Notes under the pieces: generated by a model
What the model was told of the DNA's origin: nothing
The model's input: only the letters and a program-made list of their open reading frames with translations
The model's database searches: none
Origin: a virus
Taxonomy: Duplodnaviria; Heunggongvirae; Uroviricota; Caudoviricetes
IMG/VR virus record: IMGVR_UViG_3300028361_000020
Span: 64,001-101,322 of that record
Reading direction: 5' to 3' (one strand)
DNA length: 37,322 nucleotides
Shown: one piece after another, positions 1 through 8,525 of the stretch
Layout of the letters: every line of letters starts with the position of its first letter
How positions within the stretch are numbered: position 1 is the first letter of the stretch
Position numbers and translations under genes: made by a program

Positions 1-29
1 CTTGGATAACCGCCTATCTTAACTTTCAT
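1..29 (-). CDS. partial hypothetical phage protein (N-terminus MKVKIGGYP, runs off the window)
   Basis: ATG at 29 preceded by AAAGGAG Shine-Dalgarno; overlaps the stop of the upstream ORF. Confidence 0.45.
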
Positions 30-273
30 TGTTGTCTCCTTTTCTACGTGTATATGGCATAGGTGCCTGTGGCCTGATGCGTTTTTGGCGGCTTGCTGAT
101 ACAGCTTCGTACTCCGCAGTCATTCCAAATCTACATGATTCCATACGGCGACGCATGGGCGATTCCCGATAATTAAACCGACGGAAAAATATGGAGTAAC
201 CATCGTCTAATTTTGCACCGAAAAATGCAAAGCCTGTTTTCCAGCAATATCTATCTTTTGTTTTGCGTATCAT
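19..273 (-). CDS. hypothetical protein, 84 aa
   Basis: ORF in the tightly packed minus-strand run. Confidence 0.55.
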   Translation of the reverse strand: MIRKTKDRYCWKTGFAFFGAKLDDGYSIFFRRFNYRESPMRRRMESCRFGMTAEYEAVSASRQKRIRPQAPMPYTRRKGDNNES

Positions 274-356
274 TTTATCCGTCCACTGTACCAGACAACG
301 TTGCCTAATATTTTACGTGCTTTGTCTTCGTTTTCTTGTGTACAAAGGTTATTCAT
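270..356 (-). CDS. small hypothetical protein, 28 aa (MNNLCTQENEDKARKILGNVVWYSGRIK)
   Basis: Not in the ORF track; fills the gap, and its TGA overlaps the next ATG (ATGA). Confidence 0.4.
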   Translation of the reverse strand: MNNLCTQENEDKARKILGNVVWYSGRIK

Positions 357-362
357 TCTCTA

Positions 363-551
363 TCATTCCCAAAGGCCATTGCGACCATTGCATCTTCGCT
401 GCCAATATAGCGACTGTGTTTCATTGCTAGCTCGAGCATCTCTCCAGGGTATCCCTGAGCTAGTAGCCACAATGATAGTAGACTTGGGTTTTGTACAATG
501 CTTATCAACACTGTCTTGGGAAATCCATACTTCCAGCCTCCGGGGGATCAA
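363..551 (-). CDS. hypothetical protein, 62 aa
   Basis: ORF abutting neighbours with 4-nt overlap. Confidence 0.45.
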   Translation of the reverse strand: MIPRRLEVWISQDSVDKHCTKPKSTIIVATSSGIPWRDARASNETQSLYWQRRCNGRNGLWE

Positions 552-931
552 TTGTTATTGTTAGTTTTTGAGAGTCTTGCATTTCTAAATTTTCCAACAT
601 CTTGCACAGCAGATTCGAGAGTTGCAGCATAATTAAGAGCAGTCTGCTCTTCCATGTAAATTACAGCTTCTACGTCAACGTACCCTTTTGTGAGAATCTG
701 CCAAAGTTGTTTCCACCGATTCTTTTCTGACCAGCACGATGTTGCGCGCACGTATGTGGTAACGATAACAGCCATGTCGTCGGCTTCGATCGTAAGTTCA
801 TGCGCGCAATCCTGCTGTCCACAATCACATACAACTGTATAAAACATACTGTCGCCGTAATCAAGATTTTTGATAATACCAGTTGCTGGAGTTTGTGGTT
901 TTAGTTGGTTGGTCATAGTTTTCCTTACCAT
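548..931 (-). CDS. hypothetical phage protein with CDC-x4-C-x-H motif
   Basis: 127-aa ORF, coupled to neighbours. Confidence 0.7.
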   Translation of the reverse strand: MVRKTMTNQLKPQTPATGIIKNLDYGDSMFYTVVCDCGQQDCAHELTIEADDMAVIVTTYVRATSCWSEKNRWKQLWQILTKGYVDVEAVIYMEEQTALNYAATLESAVQDVGKFRNARLSKTNNNN

Positions 932-1158
932 GTGCTTACATCAGTGATATCTTCGCGGCCTAATTCTTTTGGCGCAATTTGTTTAAACAGATTACCACGG
1001 TCCTGAAAGATAGCAATCTCATTAGGACCAAGTCCGCTGCCGTTCTCTTCATATTTAATTATAACCGTGTCAGCAGTTGGGTACTTGTCTAATGCAAGAT
1101 ACAGTAACATAATTTGTTCTCTGGTAATCATGTGGGTAATTCTTTCTCTGCTGCCCAA
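925..1158 (-). CDS. hypothetical protein
   Basis: ORF packing; start may be the Met at 1131. Confidence 0.6.
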   Translation of the reverse strand: MGSRERITHMITREQIMLLYLALDKYPTADTVIIKYEENGSGLGPNEIAIFQDRGNLFKQIAPKELGREDITDVSTW

Positions 1159-1167
1159 GCTGGAGTA

Positions 1168-1386
1168 TTATGTCTCTCTGATTGCACTAAGTAGATTTTC
1201 AACACTACTGTAACACGGCCTTGATGCTACGTCAACTTCTAATTTGTCATGACTGTTTTCTATTGCTAAAACTCGCGGATCTTTTGTTTGCTGGGAAAAC
1301 TCAGCAAAGTATTGGTCTGTTGAAATGTACGATTTCATAGAGTTTATGAAGTCTACGAACTCTTCGTATTCAAAGTCTTTATCCAT
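1168..1386 (-). CDS. hypothetical protein, 72 aa
   Basis: ORF overlapping the tilS stop. Confidence 0.6.
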   Translation of the reverse strand: MDKDFEYEEFVDFINSMKSYISTDQYFAEFSQQTKDPRVLAIENSHDKLEVDVASRPCYSSVENLLSAIRET

Positions 1387-1972
1387 CTTGTCTTACCTTT
1401 GTTGCAATTGTTTTATGAATGCCCGGATTAATCCGTAGCACATGAGGCATCATTGTGTGTCTAATATAGTTTCTACTATAGCATGTATCTTTGTTGCTGT
1501 CATCCTCGATGTGTGGCACATTGTGCATTGCTGCCCATAATTCTAGATCTCTCTTGCGATTGAGTCTAAATGGACGTAAGACATTTCCTCGTGTACGTGG
1601 AATAATTTTGCCTGTGCCGTGTATGCTGCTGAACAGCCAAGTTTCTACACAATCATCTAGGTGATGACATGTGATAATTGGCATATCAGTAAACCTGTCA
1701 AAAAACTTGTATCTTCGTGTTCTCCACTCTGCTTCCTTATTAGACACAGGCACATCTAATTCTTGTACACATGGATACCAATCAATGTCTCTTGTACGGC
1801 AATACTCGGATAAAAACCGATAAGCCGTATCTCCATGCGGGGTGCCGTGATGATAGTGCAACACTGTTACTTTGTGATTTCGACGCAGAAAGTCTAGTGC
1901 TGCCATACTATCAATTCCGCCAGAGCATGCTAGATAAATATCTCGAGGAAGTTTGCCTTGCAACTTGATCAT
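1379..1972 (-). CDS. tilS: tRNA(Ile)-lysidine synthetase-like PP-loop ATPase (catalytic domain only, 197 aa)
   Basis: LACSGGIDS PP-loop, HHLDDCVET, LRPF, DDSN-x4-YSRNYIR motifs typical of TilS. Confidence 0.9.
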   Translation of the reverse strand: MIKLQGKLPRDIYLACSGGIDSMAALDFLRRNHKVTVLHYHHGTPHGDTAYRFLSEYCRTRDIDWYPCVQELDVPVSNKEAEWRTRRYKFFDRFTDMPIITCHHLDDCVETWLFSSIHGTGKIIPRTRGNVLRPFRLNRKRDLELWAAMHNVPHIEDDSNKDTCYSRNYIRHTMMPHVLRINPGIHKTIATKVRQDG

Positions 1973-2262
1973 TTCTTTGCGGCCTTGTACTTCTTATAAT
2001 GATATATACTGTTGTATGGCACCGGTACTGATGTAAGTTGAATCTTTAAAAACTCGGCATTGCTAACGTCGCCGCTTTTGTATCTGTCCTTGATACAAAC
2101 TCGTCTGTCAGTTTTTGTATCAAATCTCCAAATTCTATCACTTCCGTAATCTATATTTATTTTGTCAACACACTCTTTGTTCACTGGCATGTAGTAATAC
2201 TGAATTGGACTAGTAATATAAGTGTTTTTGGTATACTCGTAATATTCAATGTACCTTGTCAT
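1969..2262 (-). CDS. hypothetical protein, 97 aa
   Basis: ORF with ATGA overlaps. Confidence 0.65.
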   Translation of the reverse strand: MTRYIEYYEYTKNTYITSPIQYYYMPVNKECVDKINIDYGSDRIWRFDTKTDRRVCIKDRYKSGDVSNAEFLKIQLTSVPVPYNSIYHYKKYKAAKK

Positions 2263-2729
2263 TCTGGTACTACCTTATGTCCTTTTAACTCCAGCATGGT
2301 CACATGCTTGGGCTTGAGCCATTTTGTTTCAGAAATACTCATACAAGGAATAACAATGTCATTGTTATTGAAGAAATATGCTGCTAGTTGCCAACTCAAA
2401 TATGTAGACTTACCCGATAATCGCCCAGCAGCGTGTATACCAAGTTGGCCGTAGCTGTTGTTGGGCCGCAGTGCCCGTCCAATAGATTGTACACCATAGA
2501 GACTTGTACTATAGAGACTTGAACTAGTCGGTTTGGTCACCAATGTGCCACCTTGGATTGGCACGTTTGGAAACACATAATCAACAATCTTTGACTTTTC
2601 CGGAACAGGAAACACTAGGCATTTTGCATAGCCCAGTCTCGGCATGCGATATGCATCACACGCATCTTTTCGTTGTTTGAGTCGATGGTCAAGGCTTACT
2701 TCAAAACGTAGGGCGCGGCGCGTTTTCAT
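2259..2729 (-). CDS. hypothetical protein with a P-loop-like GRLSGKST segment
   Basis: 156-aa ORF; motif alone is weak. Confidence 0.55.
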   Translation of the reverse strand: MKTRRALRFEVSLDHRLKQRKDACDAYRMPRLGYAKCLVFPVPEKSKIVDYVFPNVPIQGGTLVTKPTSSSLYSTSLYGVQSIGRALRPNNSYGQLGIHAAGRLSGKSTYLSWQLAAYFFNNNDIVIPCMSISETKWLKPKHVTMLELKGHKVVPE

Positions 2730-3054
2730 CTTCTTCTCCTTTTAACACTCTCCATGTATACGCCTTCTCAGCAGCTAGGGCCCAGGCGGCCCGTCTGCCA
2801 TCTACATCTCTTACCCAATCCATCATAATTTGCTCATTTCCAAAACTGCCGTTTGGAAAGTTTTGAAATACTGAAAATGCAATATTAGCAAGTATTTCTC
2901 TGTTTTGATGATCTGCGTTGTTGGAAGCTCTAAACAAGTCGTTGCACAGCACCGCCTCTAGAAATCCTCCGGGCATGCATCCAAACATCAAATAGTCAGA
3001 GGCGCTTTGTGTTGTCCGCGATTGCCCTACTTCGAAGTCAATATACATAGTCAT
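2701..3054 (-). CDS. hypothetical phage protein (PGGFLEAVLCNDLF motif)
   Basis: Start re-called to ATG 3054, which overlaps the upstream TGA at 3051. Confidence 0.7.
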   Translation of the reverse strand: MTMYIDFEVGQSRTTQSASDYLMFGCMPGGFLEAVLCNDLFRASNNADHQNREILANIAFSVFQNFPNGSFGNEQIMMDWVRDVDGRRAAWALAAEKAYTWRVLKGEEDENAPRPTF

Positions 3055-3398
3055 ATTATCACTCTTTTTGTTGGTTGTGTTTGTTCTATTCTCCAAACAC
3101 AAGTACCGTGCTTCCGTATTAGATCTGCTAATCCCTGCGGTGAATCTGTTGCAAGCTCGAGTAGTATGCCTTCGTTGATCCCTGCTTTGGCCGTAAACGT
3201 CCAAATTTCTGGTGAGCGCTGTGGATTTGCCTGTGCTCGCATAACTAGGAGCCTTATATCAACCGGACTACGAACATGTTCATTTATGTCTCTGAGAGTT
3301 GCTAATAACACTTGGTTTTCGTATGTTGTTATATCAACAATGCACTCAAATCCAAGTGAATCAAACAACGTGACAAATTTGTGTGCTTTATCAGACAT
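3051..3398 (-). CDS. hypothetical protein, 115 aa
   Basis: ORF packing. Confidence 0.65.
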   Translation of the reverse strand: MSDKAHKFVTLFDSLGFECIVDITTYENQVLLATLRDINEHVRSPVDIRLLVMRAQANPQRSPEIWTFTAKAGINEGILLELATDSPQGLADLIRKHGTCVWRIEQTQPTKRVII

Positions 3399-3667
3399 CA
3401 GGTATCACCTCCTAGGAAGTACTCGCTGTATTTCATAATAAGGAATGTTCTCTTCTTCTCGCTGTAAAAATCAAGCATGATGCATTTCTTATTGTAACGC
3501 GATTCATGTTGATTCCAGTCCGTGTGGTCTCTCCACGTAAACCCTAGTTTTTCTTTCATCCTGCGGCGCAACAAAAACACACTAGGCGGATGATCTTCTT
3601 TGAGCTTGGTTATGAACCTTTCAAAGTTTTGGTGGCTGACTTCAATGGGTTTTGTCATATTCTGCAA
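3398..3667 (-). CDS. hypothetical protein, 89 aa
   Basis: ORF packing. Confidence 0.65.
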   Translation of the reverse strand: MQNMTKPIEVSHQNFERFITKLKEDHPPSVFLLRRRMKEKLGFTWRDHTDWNQHESRYNKKCIMLDFYSEKKRTFLIMKYSEYFLGGDT

Positions 3668-3860
3668 TCGTGAGGATATCTTCTACTTTCCCATCGACCT
3701 TAGAGGTCGCTATGTACCCATCGTTGATTAGACTTTCAATGGTTGATGCAATAACAAACTTTCTTTGTGCGTCTGAGATCTTTTTAACACCATTTGAGAA
3801 TCCAACAATGGTGAAAATCACCGCTGTTATAAACAGATAGATGTATACTTCTGTGCTCAT
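3642..3860 (-). CDS. small membrane-anchored protein
   Basis: N-terminal hydrophobic stretch VYIYLFITAVIFTIVGF. Confidence 0.65.
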   Translation of the reverse strand: MSTEVYIYLFITAVIFTIVGFSNGVKKISDAQRKFVIASTIESLINDGYIATSKVDGKVEDILTIAEYDKTH

Positions 3861-4570
3861 GTGTTCTTCTCCAGTTTTTGTATTTTCGCATAGTTGACGG
3901 CTGTCATTGTCAACCCGGAATCTCTCTCGGTTTCACGTTTCTTAGACTTTGCTCTTAATCTAACAACTTCGCCTATATTGTACTTTTCGTCTTTAACAAA
4001 GCTAATAAGATCGCCGCCCAACCCTACAAAGTACAAATAAAGATCGTGATGTTTAAGGTAAATGCGCTTGAGTACTTCTACGTCCCCGTTGATCCATTTT
4101 CCTACTGCAATGTCTTGGCTGTTGTAATAGTTGTCTTTGAGATTCTGCTTGTATGCAATTGTGGCAGCTTCGTTTTCAATAAATGACGGAATGTATGCCA
4201 GCAGCCCGAGGTTTTGCGAAGTTACATCTTCTTGGAGGTATGCAGTATACATGTCTTTTTGAAATTCTGTAAGGCTGTCCCCAAGTATCAACATAGTAAA
4301 GCGCCGGAAGAATTTGTGTGTAGCCTGTGTCTGCAACCTGTCCTGCTCTGTAACAACAGCAGGCACAAAACCATTAGGCATTGCAGGCCGGTAGGCTTCG
4401 GTTGCAGCCGTAAGGGTTGCAGCCGCAGTAAGAGCTACAATATCTCTGTTGCTGTAACGATGTGCATCAGCCGCATAGTTACAAGAAATCTTTTCATACC
4501 CATTGTTTATGCGGTGTGCAGCAAATGAAATGTTAAGTATATCGTCAAATGCATAACTAAACTGGCCCAT
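3857..4570 (-). CDS. hypothetical phage protein, 237 aa
   Basis: GGAG Shine-Dalgarno and its own sigma70 promoter. Confidence 0.8.
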   Translation of the reverse strand: MGQFSYAFDDILNISFAAHRINNGYEKISCNYAADAHRYSNRDIVALTAAATLTAATEAYRPAMPNGFVPAVVTEQDRLQTQATHKFFRRFTMLILGDSLTEFQKDMYTAYLQEDVTSQNLGLLAYIPSFIENEAATIAYKQNLKDNYYNSQDIAVGKWINGDVEVLKRIYLKHHDLYLYFVGLGGDLISFVKDEKYNIGEVVRLRAKSKKRETERDSGLTMTAVNYAKIQKLEKNT

Positions 4571-4597
4571 GTAACTCTCCGTTGTTGCTTATGCATT

Positions 4598-4626
4598 ACT
4601 ATAACAATTACACGCAACAGAGTCAA
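4598..4626 (-). promoter_or_regulatory. sigma70-type promoter TTGACT-17-TATAGT
   Basis: Direct consensus match, 17-nt spacer. Confidence 0.7.
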
Positions 4627-4641
4627 CCTCTAATTGTTAAG

Positions 4642-4857
4642 CTACAATCTAAATGTTATCCGTCCTTTGGATAGGTCGTAAGGTGTCATGTCTAACTTGA
4701 CCCTGTCACCTTGTACTAGCCTAATTCTAAATTGTCTCATTTTTCCGCCAGTGTAACACGTAACATAATGTCCGTTGTCAAGTTCAACTTTAAATGTTTG
4801 ATTAGGGAGCACCTCTACAATGTTCCCTTCAATCTCGATTACTTCTTCTTTTGTCAT
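4642..4857 (-). CDS. infA: translation initiation factor IF-1
   Basis: [17 protein letters not shown]...GKMR..RI....GDRV....[13 protein letters not shown] is the IF-1 S1/OB signature. Confidence 0.97.
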   Translation of the reverse strand: MTKEEVIEIEGNIVEVLPNQTFKVELDNGHYVTCYTGGKMRQFRIRLVQGDRVKLDMTPYDLSKGRITFRL

Positions 4858-4998
4858 TTTCTACCTTTGGTGGACGCCCGTTAGCTACACAGGGTTGGAC
4901 TCCTGCTTGTAACCCCTAATGCATATTAATTAAATACATTAGGACTTAGTGTTTTAGCAGTAGACCGCGACGGGCGAAGCGCGGCACTCTACTACATA
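4858..4998 (-). ncRNA. candidate structured 5' leader / ncRNA upstream of infA
   Basis: About 140 nt non-coding between a strong promoter and infA; 8-bp + 5-bp stem whose loop CGCCCGU is complementary to ACGGGCG near the ribosome-binding site; separate 10-bp stem. Confidence 0.5.
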
Positions 4999-5004
4999 GT
5001 CTTT

Positions 5005-5033
5005 ATTGTATTACACAACTAACAAGTTGTCAA
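5005..5033 (-). promoter_or_regulatory. sigma70-type promoter TTGACA-17-TACAAT
   Basis: Near-consensus match, 17-nt spacer. Confidence 0.8.
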
Positions 5034-5035
5034 TC

Positions 5036-5188
5036 TTATTTTATTATGTGTTTTGACGCAAAGTTTTTGCCATTCTTTTTTCGTTTTAGTGTTCGTTCTA
5101 ACAAATGTCTTTTAAGCTTTTCGGCTTTTTTAAGTTTTCCCTGCGCCAGCATTGAATACATCAACATTTTTTCTTCTAGGTATTTCAT
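5036..5188 (-). CDS. small basic protein, 50 aa (MKYLEEKMLMYSMLAQGKLKKAEKLKRHLLERTLKRKKNGKNFASKHIIK)
   Basis: Not in the ORF track; AAGGA Shine-Dalgarno upstream. Confidence 0.6.
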   Translation of the reverse strand: MKYLEEKMLMYSMLAQGKLKKAEKLKRHLLERTLKRKKNGKNFASKHIIK

Positions 5189-5210
5189 ATCTCATTCCTT
5201 TAGCTAAATA

Positions 5211-5879
5211 CTATTGGAGCATGAGGGCTTCATATCGTGGTTGGATGATGTGGGCTACGTCATTAGAACACATAACTTCGTAGTGCGTGTTCTCAACATA
5301 GACGCATTCCATGTCATCCTTTCTTTGTTCCATACTTGCTATTGTTACAACACCGTCATTTGGCGCCTTTATGTATGGAACAGTTCCAGTGGTGCTTATT
5401 ATCTGGGTCCACGGAATATTAATTGGCATGCTATTAGCCTCTGTTATAGGACGACTCTTTGAACCAACGTCTCTAAACAGCGGATAGCTTGGAATAATAT
5501 ACTTGGCCCAATCGGCAATAACAGAACCATTAAATGGTGTACTAATACTTATTCCGCCCACTACGTTGCAATGTTGAGTTAGGTGCAATCCGTAAATTCC
5601 TCCTAAACTGTGACCTATTACAAATAGAGGCTCTTTGCTACAAACAGAGGAGTGTATAAGATCTAAATTATCATAGAAGCTGTTTTCACTGGAGTAGTCA
5701 ATAAGTGTTGCTGGCCAATCCGGTAGTACCAATCTTAGATAATTAAAACTTGTACTGGTTTGCCCAGCACCATGAAGCCAAACAATATTAGGGCCAACAT
5801 GTGCAGACTTCTGATGCAATTCCTTTGATTCTATCTTAGGAGTCTTTTTTAAAAAATTAAATGACCAATCCATATACAT
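5211..5879 (-). CDS. alpha/beta-fold hydrolase (esterase/lipase-like)
   Basis: LHG oxyanion motif, GHSLGG nucleophile elbow, NDGVV and C-terminal His (THYE). Confidence 0.9.
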   Translation of the reverse strand: MYMDWSFNFLKKTPKIESKELHQKSAHVGPNIVWLHGAGQTSTSFNYLRLVLPDWPATLIDYSSENSFYDNLDLIHSSVCSKEPLFVIGHSLGGIYGLHLTQHCNVVGGISISTPFNGSVIADWAKYIIPSYPLFRDVGSKSRPITEANSMPINIPWTQIISTTGTVPYIKAPNDGVVTIASMEQRKDDMECVYVENTHYEVMCSNDVAHIIQPRYEALMLQ

Positions 5880-5881
5880 AT

Positions 5882-6568
5882 TTATTTGACTTCAGGAAAT
5901 AGGCAATCTTGTACAAAAGCTGTAACATCATCCTCACTGAGTCCGAGACTTGTCATTGTTTTTGGAGTGTGGGGGTTTTGCTTTTGATAGTGTGCATATT
6001 TGTTTTGTGCAGATTTGATCTCGTCGTGGTCTCCGGCAAAGTTATAATCACCAATTAGGTCCAAATATGAAAAAATACTATCTGTACTTAATTGAACTAT
6101 TTGCTCAAGCTCTTCTGTCTTCTGTACGTTTCCTGCTGCAATCATATGTTCGCTGAAAATAGCTTCTGCCCACTTAGGAAGTGCTCTTTTCTTTTTCCAT
6201 TCTAGTGCTGCTGCTTCATCTCCAAACGCTTCTATCATGTCGTGTGCTGGATCAATGGTTGCAGAATAGTCATGAAAGAATCCTGTAATTTTATTCTTAC
6301 CTGCAATAACGTCTAGGCCAAAGATAGGCCCATTGTTGTGCAGGTGAGGAAAAATACAACAATGCATCATCCATAACCCTTTGGTTTCTCTTGCATCGAC
6401 TACATCTATGTGGGCACGGCGATATTTTTCTCCAGTCCACACTTGATTGATCCACCCTGGTTGATTGAACTTGGCCATGCCTGGTTCAAATATTTCTGTA
6501 CCGGATTGCTCAAAGCTTCTAGTCAGTTCTTGTTGTATTCCTAATAGTGCAGTCCATACCTTACTCAT
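5882..6568 (-). CDS. pcyX: ferredoxin-dependent bilin reductase, PcyA/PcyX type
   Basis: RRAHIDVVDARE.KGLWMMHCCIFP, PIFGLDVIAG..K.TG.FHDYS motifs; adjacent to heme oxygenase. Confidence 0.85.
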   Translation of the reverse strand: MSKVWTALLGIQQELTRSFEQSGTEIFEPGMAKFNQPGWINQVWTGEKYRRAHIDVVDARETKGLWMMHCCIFPHLHNNGPIFGLDVIAGKNKITGFFHDYSATIDPAHDMIEAFGDEAAALEWKKKRALPKWAEAIFSEHMIAAGNVQKTEELEQIVQLSTDSIFSYLDLIGDYNFAGDHDEIKSAQNKYAHYQKQNPHTPKTMTSLGLSEDDVTAFVQDCLFPEVK

Positions 6569-7091
6569 TGCTTAGTTCCATGAATAGTTGTATAGCAAAC
6601 TGAAAACACCGATTTGCTTCGTCTGCCATATCTTCAGACAACCTTGCGCGTACAGTTGTCTTTAGTTCTTCTACATTGTCGAACTTGTACATCTTACCAC
6701 TGCCTGGATTTCGCTTGGAGATTATCTGGCCTCCATACATGTCGCCAAAGTGGCGCACATAGATGTGGGCAAGAATGTCAATAGGGTTTGTTAGTGCTTC
6801 GACGTAGTTAATGTATTCGGCTACAACGTTACATACTACTGGCGCGCTGAGTTTATATAACTTATTAAGCTCTTCGATGTCATCATGAATACTGCTGCTT
6901 CTACAAATCTCTTCGATGCCGGTTAGTACCCCGCGTTTTGTGGCATAATATTCCAATGCAACGTAGATGTGATATTGGTTAAACAGGTATTTGTGATATT
7001 CATCAGGGGTCATGCCCGCAAGTAATTTGCGAGCATGTGCTGTACGTTCAGCATCTTGGTGGTATTTCCACGTAAGATCTTTTAGGCTCAT
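6561..7091 (-). CDS. hemO: heme oxygenase (phage HemO type)
   Basis: LKDLTWKYHQDAE proximal His helix; LAHIYVRHFGDMYGGQII distal helix. Confidence 0.92.
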   Translation of the reverse strand: MSLKDLTWKYHQDAERTAHARKLLAGMTPDEYHKYLFNQYHIYVALEYYATKRGVLTGIEEICRSSSIHDDIEELNKLYKLSAPVVCNVVAEYINYVEALTNPIDILAHIYVRHFGDMYGGQIISKRNPGSGKMYKFDNVEELKTTVRARLSEDMADEANRCFQFAIQLFMELSNE

Positions 7092-7390
7092 TAGTTTTCC
7101 TCTATCTTAACTCTTAGAGGAAAGCCGTTGTCTCGACACATGGATGTTGACTCGGCTGCTTTTTGTTCTGCAATTTCGTGACTGAATACACCAACAACTC
7201 CGCTGCCTTCTTCATGAATTTGCATGGTAAGATTGTGAGCTGTTTCTGGCGTGTGCTTGAACAATTCTACCATTAACATTACAACAAAATCCATCGGTGT
7301 TGAGTCGTCATTTAAGAAGACAACTTTGTATTGACTGGGTTCTTTAAACTTGGCTTTTACTTTTTCTTCAATTTTAATTTCTGTGCTCAT
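7091..7390 (-). CDS. clpS: ATP-dependent Clp protease adaptor ClpS
   Basis: YKVVFLNDDSTPMDFVV...MQIHEEG...VGVF..EIAEQK. Confidence 0.95.
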   Translation of the reverse strand: MSTEIKIEEKVKAKFKEPSQYKVVFLNDDSTPMDFVVMLMVELFKHTPETAHNLTMQIHEEGSGVVGVFSHEIAEQKAAESTSMCRDNGFPLRVKIEEN

Positions 7391-7399
7391 ATTACCCTC

Positions 7400-7627
7400 T
7401 TAGATATCTGATTTGAGTTGACTTTTTTTAAGTCTGCTGATGGCAGCCTTCTTTGCTTTGCGGTTTTTAGTACCGTTGCTTTCAAAACTCTCGCGCCGCC
7501 GGATCTCTTGGAATAATCCGTCATCAGCTAGCTTCTTCTTTAACTTGCGAAGTGCCTTTGGTACATCGTTTCCTCGAACTTCAACTGACATACCTTGATG
7601 TCTGTCGGACTTTTGGTGTTTACTCAT
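7400..7627 (-). CDS. rpsU: 30S ribosomal protein bS21
   Basis: VEVRGNDV.KALRKLKKK...GLFQEIRRRE.FE....K.RK.K.AA..R. Confidence 0.9.
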   Translation of the reverse strand: MSKHQKSDRHQGMSVEVRGNDVPKALRKLKKKLADDGLFQEIRRRESFESNGTKNRKAKKAAISRLKKSQLKSDI

Positions 7628-8003
7628 TATTTCCTCTTAGGATATTTTCTAACCAAGATACATCAAAAATTCTGTTCTTGCTTATTATATTATACGGGGT
7701 TGACCCGTTGTTTGTCAAGTAAAAAGTAGATGGTTGCGCAATTATGTGTGACGTAAACGCCCGTGTTGCCGGGCAGGAGTTATCAACATCCATAATAGTT
7801 ATGTTAACTGTTTTTACTAATTGTAGAAGCCATTCTAAATTTTCTTCTAGTGCTTCGTATAAAAACACATTTACTGGCAAACCGGCGGTTGTTAATATTT
7901 GTTGTACCTGTGACTTTAGTATTGCACTCGGAAATATTAATAAAAGACCAAATGTGTCGTTTGGCAATACATCCGGAGGCGTAATTATTGTAATATCATT
8001 CAT
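7620..8003 (-). CDS. hypothetical phage protein, 127 aa
   Basis: ORF coupled to rpsU. Confidence 0.75.
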   Translation of the reverse strand: MNDITIITPPDVLPNDTFGLLLIFPSAILKSQVQQILTTAGLPVNVFLYEALEENLEWLLQLVKTVNITIMDVDNSCPATRAFTSHIIAQPSTFYLTNNGSTPYNIISKNRIFDVSWLENILRGNNE

Positions 8004-8184
8004 CAGGTGGTGTCTTACTAAAATGCCACACCTCTTCTAGAACTGGTGGCTCTAACGATCCTAACATTGCACATAGATATTCCGCAGTTATAGGAGTGTT
8101 TGGCATTTTTGGTTTTATTGCTACTGCTACTATTTCTGTTACCGGCTGTGCTCGGTTCATTATGTCTATTAGATGAGTCATCAC
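7996..8184 (-). CDS. hypothetical protein, 62 aa
   Basis: Strong AGGAGG Shine-Dalgarno; preferred over overlapping 8018..8209. Confidence 0.55.
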   Translation of the reverse strand: MMTHLIDIMNRAQPVTEIVAVAIKPKMPNTPITAEYLCAMLGSLEPPVLEEVWHFSKTPPDE

Positions 8185-8247
8185 CTACCTCCTGTTGATA
8201 AAGCATCACTCTGCTTTTATAGTCTACTTTTTAACTTCGTTACGTAT

Positions 8248-8523
8248 TTATCTATTTTTTCCAGTGATGCGTTCATTTCCAAACCCGTAGGTGTCGTCGA
8301 ACGTTTTAATGACTTCTCGCAAGTGTTTGAAGTTCGGTGCTTCTGGATAATCCATCTCCGAAAAAGTAGTACCGTTGGGCTTATACACAATCCATCCCTA
8401 ACCGACTGCTAATACAAGTATGTAATCTTTGAGGAGTTTCTTTTCAACATACAGTTCAAGAATGTTGTATGCTGCAATTCTTGCATCATGATATGGCTGT
8501 TCTAAGTCACTGTGAATAGACAT
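8248..8523 (-). pseudogene. 91-codon ORF interrupted by a single in-frame TAG at 8398..8400
   Basis: MSIHSDLEQ...LVLAVG*GWIVYKPNG...ITGKNR reads in one frame; ATG lies 2 nt after the upstream stop. Confidence 0.55.
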
Positions 8524-8525
8524 TG

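Noticed and set aside
4869-4945. tRNA gene ending in CCA upstream of infA
   Set aside because: No matching 5' acceptor strand, T-loop or anticodon arm could be folded.
4940-4995. HDV-like/theta ribozyme in the infA leader
   Set aside because: There is superficial nested pairing, but the L3 is too long and the P1.1 GG is missing; kept only as a generic structured RNA.
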